From contig JAIEPK010000143.1 of assembly GCA_019749875.1 (NCBI GenBank), positions 73,531 to 135,703 on the forward strand: a DNA stretch of 62,173 nucleotides, given 5' to 3'. This document shows, in pieces, positions 47,914 to 57,572 of the stretch (its first letter is position 1; each line of letters starts with the position of its first letter). The notes beneath the pieces were generated by a model, which worked only from the letters and a program-made list of their open reading frames with translations, did no database searches and had not been told where the DNA came from. A program made the translations under genes and the position numbers. Origin of the DNA: Candidatus Binatia bacterium. Lineage in GTDB: Bacteria > Desulfobacterota > Binatia > UBA12015.

Positions 47914-48705
47914 ATGATCCCGCGCGCCGCGCAGACGCCGGCGAGCGGGGTGATCGTGAGCGAGAGCAGAAAGATCGATCTGGGAACGCACGCTCTGCGC
48001 GTGCGTGAAGTCGGATCCGGTGCAGACGCGTTCGTGTGCCTGCACGGATTTCTCGACGACGCGTCGGTGTGGTCGGGTGTGGCGGATGCGCTGGCGGACG
48101 CGGGACGCGTGGTCCTCGTTCAGCAACGGGGCCAAGGCGACTCGACGGCGCCCGAAGGGCCGTGCTCGCTCGACGACCTGGCCACCGACGTCGTCCGGAT
48201 GCTCGACGCACTCGGCATCGAGCGAGCGGTGCTCGTCGGTCACGCACTCGGCGCGCTGGTGGCAGCCAAGGCGGCGCTGGCAGCGCCTGCGCGCGTTCGC
48301 GGGCTGGTCCTCGTCGCACCCTTCAGCGAGCTCGACACGCGGGCCGCCGGAGAATGGCGACACGTCGTTCGTGCCGGCGAGGTCAACAAGCTGCAAGGGC
48401 TCGCGCGCGCGGTCTTCGGCCCGACGTCGACGCGTCAGATCGACGGCGACGGCATCGCGCTCACCGAGATCGCGCGCGCCTTGCACGCGCTCGGTAGGGC
48501 GCCGGTGACGCCGCAGCTCGGAGCGATCGCCTGTCCGACGACGGTGCTCGTCGGCGAGTCGGACGCCGTCGGCGCGACCGCTGGACGGATCGTTGCGGGC
48601 GCAATTCCCGGGGCTCGGCTCGAAGTGGTTTCACAGCAGGGCGCCGACCTGCACGTGCGCGCTGCCGACGCGGTCGCCGGCGCGGCTCGGGCCGTCGCGC
48701 GCTGA
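47914..48705 (+). CDS. Alpha/beta hydrolase fold protein lacking the nucleophile (GHALG)
   Basis: LHG oxyanion motif, RGQGDS, GHALG instead of GHSxG, LVGESD; no canonical aGH. Confidence 0.8.
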   Translation: MIPRAAQTPASGVIVSESRKIDLGTHALRVREVGSGADAFVCLHGFLDDASVWSGVADALADAGRVVLVQQRGQGDSTAPEGPCSLDDLATDVVRMLDALGIERAVLVGHALGALVAAKAALAAPARVRGLVLVAPFSELDTRAAGEWRHVVRAGEVNKLQGLARAVFGPTSTRQIDGDGIALTEIARALHALGRAPVTPQLGAIACPTTVLVGESDAVGATAGRIVAGAIPGARLEVVSQQGADLHVRAADAVAGAARAVAR

Positions 48706-48900
48706 GCGCCGAGCCGTGCGGCGCTCTCGTTGCCATGGCCGATCGGTGGACGCCGGCGATCGCCGACGGCACGCGCGCGGAACGTTCGATGGGTCCAAGG
48801 CACGCGCTCGAAGCCGTCGGGTGCGGCGGAACGTGTGCGAGGCGGCGATCGAGCGTGGCCGGACGGTGAACGCTCCGCCGGCTTCGGCTGCGGTGCGGCG

Positions 48901-49833
48901 ATGACGCGAGTCGCGCGCCGCGGCCGTGCGCCGCGCAATCCGGCGGACTTCGTCTTGACCGCGCGCCTGCGCGAGCCCGTGCGATTCACCGACCTCAGCG
49001 AGCGGCTCGCGCTCAAGCTGTCTGCCCTGCCGGGCTACCTGTCGCGTGCGCATTTCGAGGTCTGGCATCGTCGCGTGGGAGCGCCCGACTTCGCGGATTT
49101 CCGCGGCGTCTTCACACCGCTGGTGCACGTCGATCTGGCGGTCACCGATCTGCCGATGGGATCGCCCGCGATGCGTCGGGCCGTGCACGTGCGGGGACAG
49201 ACGCACCTCGGGAAGACGCTGGACGCGTCGGGCGGCGTGCGCCATCTCGCGCGCGAAGGTCTGTACGAGGTCTCGGCGGAGTCGGGTGCGCTGGTCGGCC
49301 GCGCGCGCTTCGTCAACGTGTTCACGCGCTACGATGCCGATCCGGCGCGACGGCGCGTCACCGAGCTGCCGGCCGAGATGCGCCTCGGCTCCGTCCCGTC
49401 CCGGCTTGTCGACGTCCCCGACGTCGCCGAGCTGCTGCGCGCGGCCGGCTCTCGCGCTGCTGATCTCTCGGACGAGCGCGCGCACGTCTGGCACTACACC
49501 CAGACCGATGCGAACCGGCACGTGAACGGCATGGAGTACCTGCGCGGCATGGAGGACTTCGTCGCCGATGCTCTGGCGACGCGCGGCCACGATCTGCGCA
49601 GGCTCTATCCGGCGCGCGCGCGCATCGTGTACCGGAAGCCGTGCTTCCGTGGCGAGCGCTACCGGCGGATCGCTTGGCTGCTGACCGACGAGCCGCCGGT
49701 GCTGGTCGGGATCGTGCGCAAGGAAGGTGACCCGACGGACGCGCCACCGGCCGTCGCGATCGAACTGTCGTTCGCGGCGCATGCGGGGGACGCGTCCGCG
49801 CCGTCGCCCGCAGGTCCGCGGGCCACGTCGTGA
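48901..49833 (+). CDS. Acyl-ACP thioesterase-like hotdog-fold protein
   Basis: TDANRHVNGMEY resembles the D.N.HVNN..Y thioesterase motif. Confidence 0.65.
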   Translation: MTRVARRGRAPRNPADFVLTARLREPVRFTDLSERLALKLSALPGYLSRAHFEVWHRRVGAPDFADFRGVFTPLVHVDLAVTDLPMGSPAMRRAVHVRGQTHLGKTLDASGGVRHLAREGLYEVSAESGALVGRARFVNVFTRYDADPARRRVTELPAEMRLGSVPSRLVDVPDVAELLRAAGSRAADLSDERAHVWHYTQTDANRHVNGMEYLRGMEDFVADALATRGHDLRRLYPARARIVYRKPCFRGERYRRIAWLLTDEPPVLVGIVRKEGDPTDAPPAVAIELSFAAHAGDASAPSPAGPRATS

Positions 49834-49870
49834 AGGCACCGCGGCGCGGCGCACGCGTGTACCGCCGGGC

Positions 49871-50254
49871 TCAGCGTCGCGGCGGGATCGGGTAGAGGTC
49901 GTCCAGCATCCGGTTGCGGCGGATGCCGATCGCTTCGCGGTGGATCTGCAAGTTGCGGCGCGCTTCGATTGCCTCCTGCCGGAGAGCGTTGAACTCGCGC
50001 ACGCGCTCGTAGCGCACGAGCTCGTCGGGCGCCGTGTCGATCGCACGCCCGGCGAGCTCGAGACGGAGCAGCGCGTAGTTCAGCTTGTCCTCGGTGCGGC
50101 CGAGCGCCTGCGCCATCTCCTGCACGATCTCCGTCTCGAGGCGGGTGACGGCTTCGGCAGGATCGAGGCGCGCGCGCAGGCGGTCGAGGTACGGGCTCTC
50201 GTAGCCGGTGTCCTTCAGCTCGCGAACGAGCCGGCTCCACGGAGTCTCCCGCAC
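49871..50254 (-). CDS. Helical hypothetical protein
   Basis: 127-aa ORF with coiled-coil character and high-GC codon bias. Confidence 0.7.
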   Translation of the reverse strand: MRETPWSRLVRELKDTGYESPYLDRLRARLDPAEAVTRLETEIVQEMAQALGRTEDKLNYALLRLELAGRAIDTAPDELVRYERVREFNALRQEAIEARRNLQIHREAIGIRRNRMLDDLYPIPPRR

Positions 50255-50366
50255 GACGCGAGCCTAGTGCACCGCCGTCGAGATCGCATCACGCATCTTG
50301 CCGCCGATCGACGTCAATCTGCATGACGCGATCTCAACGACGGTGCACGAGCACGACGGCGCTCGG

Positions 50367-53066
50367 TCACGACCGCGGCCGTCCGCCGGCGAGCATCCCC
50401 TGCTGCCGGATCAGCTTTGCGACCAGCGACGTCCAGCCGGTCTGGTGTCCGGCGCCGAGCCCGCTGCCGTCGTCGCCGTTGAAGTACTCGAAGAACGGCA
50501 CGTAGTCGCGGAAGTGCGGATCCTTCTGCAGCAACTCGCTGTCGCCGAGCACCGGACGCCGACCGTCGGCATCGCGAGTGAAGATGCGGATCAGGCGGCG
50601 CGAAATTTCGTCGGCCACCTCGGCAAGCGTCAAGTATTTCCCCGAGCCGGTCGGGCATTCCACCGTGAAGTCGTCGCTGTAGTACCAGTGGAACTGCTGC
50701 AGTGCCTCGATCAGGAGGTAGTTGACGGGGAACCAGATCGGTCCGCGCCAGTTCGAGTTGCCGCCGAACAGCCCGCTGGTCGACTCGGCGGGCTGGTAGG
50801 CCACCTCGTAGCGCGCACCGTCGAACTCGTACACGTACGGGTGGTCGCGGTGGTACCGCGACACCGAGCGAATCCCGTACGGCGACAGGTACTCGGTCTC
50901 GTCGAGCATCCGCTTCAGCACGCACTTCATGCGATGGCCGCGCAGGATGGCCAGCAGGCGGCGCTCGCCGGCACCCGGATCGGTCCAGCGCGAGACCAGG
51001 CCGGCCATGTCGGGGCGGTTCTCGAGGAACCACTCGAGGCGTTGCTTGAACTCGGGCAGCTTCTCGAGCTCGTCCGGCTCGATCGTGGTGACGGCGAACA
51101 GCGGTACGAGCCCCACCATCGAGCGGATCTTCAGCGGCTCGGCCTTCCCGTCGGGGGTGCGCAGGACGTCGTAGAAGAAGTCGTCCTGCTGGTCCCACAG
51201 CGAGATGCCGCTGCCGCCCATGTCGTTCATCGCGGCCGCGATCTGCAGAAAGTGCTCGAAGAACTTGGTCGCGATGTCCTCGTAGGCACGGCGGTGCGTC
51301 GCGAGCTCGAGCGCGATGCGCAGCAGGTTCAGACAGAACATGCCCATCCAGCTCGTGGCGTCGCTCTGCTCGAGGTGGCCGCCGGTCGGCAGCGGCGCCG
51401 AGCGGTCGAAGACGCCGATGTTGTCCATGCCGAGGAAGCCGCCCTCGAAGACGTTGCTGCCCTCCTGATCCTTGCGATTGACCCACCAGGTGAAGTTCAG
51501 CAGCATCTTGTGGAAGACGCGCTCGAGGAAGTCGAGGTCGCCGCGGCCGGTCTGCTTGCGGTCGATCTGGTAGACGCGCCATGCGGCCCAGGCGAGCACC
51601 GGCGGATTGACGTCGCCGAACGCCCACTCGTAGGCGGGCGTCTGCCCGTTCGGGTGCTGGTACCACTCGCGACCCATGAGAACGAGCTGGTTCTTTGCGA
51701 ACTCGGCGTCGGCGATCGCGAGGGCGATGCAGTGGAAGGCGAGGTCCCACGCGGCGAACCACGGATACTCCCACTTGTCCGGCACCGACAGCACGTCCAT
51801 CGCGTCGAGATGGCGCCAGCTGTGGTTCCGTCCGTGCAGCCGCTCCGTGGGTGGCTTCGGCTGGCCGGGGTCGCCCTCGAGCCACCGTGCGACGTTGTAG
51901 TGGAAGAACTGCTTGCTCCAGAGCAGCCCGGACAGCGCTTGGCGCTGGATGGCGCGCTGGTCGTCGTCGACGTCGCCGACGTTCAGCTCGGTGAAGAACT
52001 CGTCGGCGTCGGCCTTGCGATCCTCGAAGACGCGCTCGAAGTCGAGCGCCGTGGCGGCCGGCGTGCGCCCCGTGCGCAGCTCCGGCTTGACGAGACGCAG
52101 GCGAGCCGTGGCGGAGCCGCCGGCCGGAATCGTGAACGCGTAGTGTGCGGCGGCCTTGGTGCCGGTGCGCGCCGGATTGATCGCGTCGCGACGCCCGTCG
52201 ATCAGCCGCGCATGAAACGCGTCCTTGACGTACGGCTGCGGGTTCGGGACGCCGAACAGGCGCTCGACGTTGCTCTCGTTCTCGGTGAACCACACGTCGG
52301 GCACGACGTGCGCCGCGTCCTGCGAGCTGTCGATGCGTCCCTCGAGGCAGCTGAGGCGGTAGTGGCCGAGCGTCGGATGATTGACGTCGACCGTGTGCGA
52401 GTCCGTGCTGGCGCAGCGCATCGAGGGCCGCGGCTCGCCGCTGCTCCACGACCAAGTGTTGCGGAACCACAGCGTCGGCAGCACGTGCAGCGGGGCCGGG
52501 TCGGGGCCGCGGTTGAACGCGGTGATGCGCACCAGGATGTCCTCGGTGTCGGACTTCGCGTACTCGACGAACACGTCGAAGTAGCGGCGCTCGTCGAATG
52601 CCCCGGTGTCGACCAGCTCGTACTCGCGGTCGTCCTTGCCGCGCTTCCGGTTGGTCTCGACCAGATCCGCGTAGGGAAACGCCGTCTGCGGGTACTTGTA
52701 GAGCATCCGCATGTAGGAATGGGTCGGCGTCGAGTCGAGGTACCAGTACAGCTCCTTGACGTCCTCGCCGTGGTTGCCCTCGTTGCCCGTCAATCCAAAG
52801 AAGCGCTCCTTGAGGATCGGGTCGCGTCCGTTCCACAGCGCGACCGCGAAGCAGAGCCGCTGCAGCTCGTCGCAGATGCCGGCGATGCCGTCCTCGTTCC
52901 AGCGGTAGGCGCGCGATCTCGCGGCGTCGTGGGAGAGGTACTCCCAGGCGTTGCCGAAGGGGCTGTAGTCCTCGCGTACGGTGCCCCACGCCCGATCGGA
53001 GACGTATGGACCCCACAATCGCCAGCGGCTGCCGCCGCTGCGCAGCCGATCGTGCTCGATCGTCAT
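50367..53066 (-). CDS. MGH1-like/GH63 glycoside hydrolase (glucosidase)
   Basis: [55 protein letters not shown]; GGAGGGGGAG RBS. Confidence 0.9.
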   Translation of the reverse strand: MTIEHDRLRSGGSRWRLWGPYVSDRAWGTVREDYSPFGNAWEYLSHDAARSRAYRWNEDGIAGICDELQRLCFAVALWNGRDPILKERFFGLTGNEGNHGEDVKELYWYLDSTPTHSYMRMLYKYPQTAFPYADLVETNRKRGKDDREYELVDTGAFDERRYFDVFVEYAKSDTEDILVRITAFNRGPDPAPLHVLPTLWFRNTWSWSSGEPRPSMRCASTDSHTVDVNHPTLGHYRLSCLEGRIDSSQDAAHVVPDVWFTENESNVERLFGVPNPQPYVKDAFHARLIDGRRDAINPARTGTKAAAHYAFTIPAGGSATARLRLVKPELRTGRTPAATALDFERVFEDRKADADEFFTELNVGDVDDDQRAIQRQALSGLLWSKQFFHYNVARWLEGDPGQPKPPTERLHGRNHSWRHLDAMDVLSVPDKWEYPWFAAWDLAFHCIALAIADAEFAKNQLVLMGREWYQHPNGQTPAYEWAFGDVNPPVLAWAAWRVYQIDRKQTGRGDLDFLERVFHKMLLNFTWWVNRKDQEGSNVFEGGFLGMDNIGVFDRSAPLPTGGHLEQSDATSWMGMFCLNLLRIALELATHRRAYEDIATKFFEHFLQIAAAMNDMGGSGISLWDQQDDFFYDVLRTPDGKAEPLKIRSMVGLVPLFAVTTIEPDELEKLPEFKQRLEWFLENRPDMAGLVSRWTDPGAGERRLLAILRGHRMKCVLKRMLDETEYLSPYGIRSVSRYHRDHPYVYEFDGARYEVAYQPAESTSGLFGGNSNWRGPIWFPVNYLLIEALQQFHWYYSDDFTVECPTGSGKYLTLAEVADEISRRLIRIFTRDADGRRPVLGDSELLQKDPHFRDYVPFFEYFNGDDGSGLGAGHQTGWTSLVAKLIRQQGMLAGGRPRS

Positions 53067-53284
53067 CTCCCCCTCCGTGGCCGCACCGGGCGCCCGCACC
53101 GGTCGCGAAGACCATATCGGCACCTGGCGCAGAAACCGAACCTCGTGCAGGCCCGCGGCGCGGCGGATCTGCGACATGGCGCGACGATTCCGCGATCCGC
53201 CGTGGGCTCGAACGTCATGCGGGGCGCATGGCCACGTGCGCGCTTGCGGGGTCGCCCGGCGTGGCGTTTGCTCACGCCCGGCTC

Positions 53285-55261
53285 ATGCTCCGCTTCGACC
53301 ACGCAGTGTGCGGTGATCTCGAGCAGGCCTTGCGGCGCGAGTGGCTCGAGACCAATGGCATCGGCGGCTTCGCGTCGTCGACGATCATCGGCCTCGACAC
53401 CCGGCGCTACCACGGTCTTCTGACCGCCGCGCTCCACCCGCCGGGCGATCGCTACCTTCTGTTGGCGAAGCTCGAGGAGACGCTGGTCATCGGCGATCAC
53501 CGCTACGAGCTGTCGGCCAATCAGTACCCCGGAACCATCCACCCGACCGGCTTCACGCTGCAGCGCGAGTTTCGCCTCGATCCCTTCCCCGTGTTCGCCT
53601 ACGCGGTCGACGGCTGCGTGCTCGAGAAGTCGGTCCTGCTGGTGCACGGCGAGAACACCGTCGTCGTGACCTATGCGCTGCGACGCGAGCCCGGCGCGCC
53701 CGACGGTGCGGTGCAGCTCGAGATCCGCCCGCTGATCGCCTTCCGCGACTTCCACGCGACCACGCACGAGAACGACGCGATCGCACGCGCGGTCGAGCTC
53801 GAGCCGGGCGTCGTCGGGATCACGCCGTATCGCGATCTCCCGACGCTGCACGTCGCGCACGACGCACGGCACGTGGATACCGGTGGTGACTGGTATCGGA
53901 GCTTCGAGTACGCAGCCGAGCGCGCGCGTGGGCTCGATTTCCGGGAGGATCTCTACCAGCCGTTCACGCTGCACTTCGATCTCGGGACGCGCGCACGCGC
54001 CACGGTCGTCGCGGGGACCGAGCGTCACGCTGCGTACGACGCCGACGCGCTCGTCGCCGCAGAGACGGCGCGGCGCGTGGCGCTGATCGCCGAGGTGCCC
54101 CGGACCGATACGCTACGGCGCACGCTGATCGCCTCGGCCGACCAGTATCTGGCGCGCCGTGGCGACGGGAAGACGGTGATCGCAGGCTATCCGTGGTTCG
54201 GTGATTGGGGCCGCGACACCTTCATTGCGATGCGCGGGTTGTGCCTCGCGACCGGACGGCTCGACGTCGCACGACAAATCTTGCTCGCCTGGACGGGCGT
54301 CGTCTCGGAAGGGATGCTCCCGAATCGCTTCGCCGACCACGGCGAGGCGCCGGAGTACAACTCGGTCGACGCCGCGCTGTGGTTCGTGGTCGCGGCGCGC
54401 GAGCTGATCGATGCCGCGGTCGCGGCCGGCGAACCTCTCCCGGCCGGTGAGACGGCGGCGCTGTGGGACGCGATCGAAGCGATTCTCGAAGGCTACCGTC
54501 GCGGTACCCGTCACCGGATCGCGCTGGACGCGAGCGACGGGCTGCTGTTCGCCGGCGAACCGGGCGTGCAGCTCACCTGGATGGACGCGAAGGTCGGCGA
54601 CTGGGTGGTGACGCCGCGGATCGGCAAGCCGGTCGAGGTCCAGGCGCTCTGGCTCGCAGCGCTCGACGCGGCCCGCGTGCGCGACGATCGCTGGTCCGCG
54701 TTGCTCGAGAAGGGCCGCGCAAGCTTCCGCGAGCGCTTCTGGAACGCGAGCGCGCGCTGCCTCTACGACGTGATCGATCCCGACGGACGGTCCGGCGCTG
54801 CCGACCCGAGCTTCCGCCCGAACCAGATCTTCGCGGTCGGCGGCCTACCGATCGTGCTGCTCGACGCCGAGCGGGCACGCGCGGTGGTCGACGGTGTGGA
54901 ATCCAGATTGTGGACACCGCTGGGTCTGCGGTCGCTCGCTCCCGGTGAGCCCGGCTATGCACCGACGTATCGCGGTGGACCGCGCGAGCGTGACGCGGTC
55001 TACCATCAAGGGACGGTGTGGCCCTGGCTGATCGGGCCGTTCGTGGAGGCATGGCTGCAGGTCCGCGGCGGGACGGACGACGCGAAGCGCATCGCCCGCG
55101 AACGGTTCGTGGCACCGTTGGCAGCGCATCTCGCCGACGCGGGCCTGGCGCACGTCTCCGAGATTGCCGACGCGGAGCCGCCGCATACGCCGGGCGGCTG
55201 CCCGTTCCAGGCGTGGTCCGTGGGTGAGCTGCTCCGGCTGGTATGCCGGATACTCGACTGA
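53285..55261 (+). CDS. Amylo-alpha-1,6-glucosidase (archaeal-type glycogen debranching enzyme)
   Basis: EWLETNGIGGFASST, AGYPWFGDWGRDT, LTWMDAK, YHQGTVWPWL, GCPFQAWS. Confidence 0.92.
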   Translation: MLRFDHAVCGDLEQALRREWLETNGIGGFASSTIIGLDTRRYHGLLTAALHPPGDRYLLLAKLEETLVIGDHRYELSANQYPGTIHPTGFTLQREFRLDPFPVFAYAVDGCVLEKSVLLVHGENTVVVTYALRREPGAPDGAVQLEIRPLIAFRDFHATTHENDAIARAVELEPGVVGITPYRDLPTLHVAHDARHVDTGGDWYRSFEYAAERARGLDFREDLYQPFTLHFDLGTRARATVVAGTERHAAYDADALVAAETARRVALIAEVPRTDTLRRTLIASADQYLARRGDGKTVIAGYPWFGDWGRDTFIAMRGLCLATGRLDVARQILLAWTGVVSEGMLPNRFADHGEAPEYNSVDAALWFVVAARELIDAAVAAGEPLPAGETAALWDAIEAILEGYRRGTRHRIALDASDGLLFAGEPGVQLTWMDAKVGDWVVTPRIGKPVEVQALWLAALDAARVRDDRWSALLEKGRASFRERFWNASARCLYDVIDPDGRSGAADPSFRPNQIFAVGGLPIVLLDAERARAVVDGVESRLWTPLGLRSLAPGEPGYAPTYRGGPRERDAVYHQGTVWPWLIGPFVEAWLQVRGGTDDAKRIARERFVAPLAAHLADAGLAHVSEIADAEPPHTPGGCPFQAWSVGELLRLVCRILD

Positions 55262-55280
55262 ATGCAGAAGATGCCGGAAG

Positions 55281-55541
55281 TCAGTGCCCCGCGATCGGCG
55301 GCGCGCCCGGCCCTCCTGCCCAGAGACACCGGTTCGACGGACGGATCGGCTCGTCGTCCTCGGACTCCTGGCTCGCGTTGCACACGATCACGATGGCGTT
55401 GAACAGCAGATCCCAGCGCGCGTGCAGGCAGTAGGATTCGAGCTCTTGGATTCCGCAGCCGAACGGCAGCAGCGGATTCTCCCAGAGTTCCACCGCCTGT
55501 CCGGCCACGAAGAAGCGTTGCGGGTTCGTTTGCTGTTGCAA
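55281..55541 (-). CDS. Small orphan protein (about 86 aa, TTG start)
   Basis: GGAG 6 nt before TTG; aromatic-rich protein-like sequence (ELWENPLLPFGC..YC...WDLLFNA); sigma54 site upstream. Confidence 0.5.
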   Translation of the reverse strand: MQQQTNPQRFFVAGQAVELWENPLLPFGCGIQELESYCLHARWDLLFNAIVIVCNASQESEDDEPIRPSNRCLWAGGPGAPPIAGH

Positions 55542-55647
55542 TTTGCTCTCCGGGCTCCCGACCTTGCGCAACGAAGGGCGCTCGCACGTGCGATTGCGGC
55601 TCGTCGTACGATCGCGGGAAGCCAGCCTTCCGACGTACGGAGGCGCC

Positions 55648-55663
55648 CGCAATTCGGATGCCA
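55648..55663 (-). promoter_or_regulatory. Sigma54 promoter
   Basis: TGGCATCCGAATTGCG. Confidence 0.7.
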
Positions 55664-55787
55664 GCAACAAGATTCCGTTGGCGGGGGGCTACCTGCGACG
55701 AGCTCGCGCCGTCGCCTCCCGAGATCGTCCGATGAAGACGATCGGAGCGTGCGCGTGGCGTCGGAGTCGGCGAAGCCGATACGGACC

Positions 55788-56285
55788 TCAGTCTGCGAGC
55801 CCGAGCGCGGCCCGGATCCGTTCCACGACCGTGCCCGGGGCGACATCCGCGTCCACCACGAGCACGTCTTGCGGCTCCTCGAGCGTGGCGAGCTGGCTCG
55901 CGAGCAGATCCGCCTTCGCGAAGTGGCCTTGCCGAGCTTCTAGCCGGTTGCGCAGGACCTCTCGACTGGCGCGCAAGTAGACGATGCGTACTTCCTCGGC
56001 ATCGTGGCTGCCCACGAGGCGTGCACGGTAACGCGCGCGCAGCGCCGAGCACGCGAGCACTGCGGGGCGGCTCTCGCGCAGCAGTCGATCGATCAGCGCG
56101 GCCAGAACGTCGAGCCATCCCGCGCGGTCTGCGTCGTCCAGCGGCTCGCCGCGCGCCATCTTCGCGATGCTCGACGGCGCGTGGAAGTCGTCGGCATCGA
56201 AGAACTCCCATCCCTGCGCGCGTGCCAGCAGCGAGCCGACGACCGTCTTGCCGGCGCCGGACACACCCATGACGAGAACGATCAC
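55788..56285 (-). CDS. gntK: Gluconokinase (GntK/IdnK family)
   Basis: GVSGAGKT, DADDFH, PLDDADR, CSALR, GHF..LL.SQLATLE. Confidence 0.92.
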   Translation of the reverse strand: MIVLVMGVSGAGKTVVGSLLARAQGWEFFDADDFHAPSSIAKMARGEPLDDADRAGWLDVLAALIDRLLRESRPAVLACSALRARYRARLVGSHDAEEVRIVYLRASREVLRNRLEARQGHFAKADLLASQLATLEEPQDVLVVDADVAPGTVVERIRAALGLAD

Positions 56286-56297
56286 GCCTGGCGATGC

Positions 56298-57572
56298 CTA
56301 CGACGGGCGCGCGGCTCGGTCGAGCCGCGCCGAGGGTTCCACGCGATCGAAGACCACCGGCACCAACACCCCGCCGCGCGCCGCTCCTACGAGGAGGAGT
56401 CGCGTCACCCGCTTCATCGTCGGCCGTTCCGCACGGTGCTCGGCGATCTCTGCGTCCGGCAGCTCGCCCGCCCGGAGGGCGCGGCTCGCGAGCACGGCGC
56501 CGAGCGCCCCCGCAGCACCCCAATCGCCGACCAGCCGGCGGAACGGCGCGTACGCCGGTCGGCGATCGTCGCGACAGAGCCGTTGCAGGATCGCGTCGTC
56601 GAGTGCGTCGCGCAGCACGAGCCCGTTCGCAGACCCGAGAACGCCGTCGAGCTCGGGGCCCGGAAAGTGCGCCAGCTCGAGCAGCTCCGATGCTGCCGCG
56701 TCCACGTCGCGCGGGAGGCCGTACGGCGAGCAATCCCCGCCCACCGCCCCGATGCGCGCGCCGGCGACCGTTGCGTAGGGCTTCGCCCCGCGTGCCGTCG
56801 CGCGCGATGCACGCTCGAGCACGAGCGCCGCCGCGCCCTCGCCGGGCACCACCGTCCCGTGCCGACTCGTTCGACGGCCCCGGCGCTGCTCGCCCTCCGG
56901 AGCCATGGCGTCCGGATGCAGAAGACGGAGGTCCGACAGCGCATCGAGCAGGACACTGCCCATCTCGTCGACCGCGGCGACGCACGCGACGTCGCAGGTG
57001 CCGCTCGCGAGCAGGTCGAGGGCGGTCGCGATGGCGACCTCGCCCGATGCCTCGTGCTCCGCGACGCAAACGTTGGGTCCGCGCACGTCGAGCTCGATCG
57101 CGGCGTAGCCCGCGGCAGCGTTCAGGACGAGATTCGGGAATAGAAGCGGCTGACCCGCAGCCGGGCCCGACGCGAAGACGCGCTTCAGGTACACCGCGGT
57201 CTCGCGCTGGTTGCCGTAGCAGGACCCTACGACCAGCGCGGTGCGCACGCTGGTCGCGTCGTCGAGCGGTACCAGGCCGGCGTCCTCGCTGGCCTGGCGG
57301 AGTGCCGCGACCGCCATGCGCGAGCACCAGTCCATGCGTCGCAGCTGCGCCGAGCGCACGTGCTCGCGCGGCTGGAAGCCGCGCACCCAGCCCGCGCGGC
57401 GCACGGCATCCGGAGCGGTCGGATCGACGCCCGTTGCGAGACGGTCGTCACCGGGCGCGAGCTCGCGAATTCCGCTTCGCCCGGCCACGAAAGCGTCCCA
57501 GACGGATTCGATCCCGGTACCGAGCGGACATACCGCGCCCAGGCCGGTGACGACGATCGGCTCGTTGCTCAT
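56298..57572 (-). CDS. Ketosynthase chain-length-factor (CLF)-like protein
   Basis: KS fold; active-site Cys replaced by Glu (AEHEASG); both His motifs lost (SANG, GDWGAAG); ATGA overlap with KS. Confidence 0.85.
   Translation of the reverse strand: MSNEPIVVTGLGAVCPLGTGIESVWDAFVAGRSGIRELAPGDDRLATGVDPTAPDAVRRAGWVRGFQPREHVRSAQLRRMDWCSRMAVAALRQASEDAGLVPLDDATSVRTALVVGSCYGNQRETAVYLKRVFASGPAAGQPLLFPNLVLNAAAGYAAIELDVRGPNVCVAEHEASGEVAIATALDLLASGTCDVACVAAVDEMGSVLLDALSDLRLLHPDAMAPEGEQRRGRRTSRHGTVVPGEGAAALVLERASRATARGAKPYATVAGARIGAVGGDCSPYGLPRDVDAAASELLELAHFPGPELDGVLGSANGLVLRDALDDAILQRLCRDDRRPAYAPFRRLVGDWGAAGALGAVLASRALRAGELPDAEIAEHRAERPTMKRVTRLLLVGAARGGVLVPVVFDRVEPSARLDRAARPS

Noticed and set aside
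53257-53272. Possible sigma54 site CGGCGTGGCGTTTGCT before the debranching enzyme
   Set aside because: Imperfect -24 box and would give an almost leaderless mRNA; too weak to call
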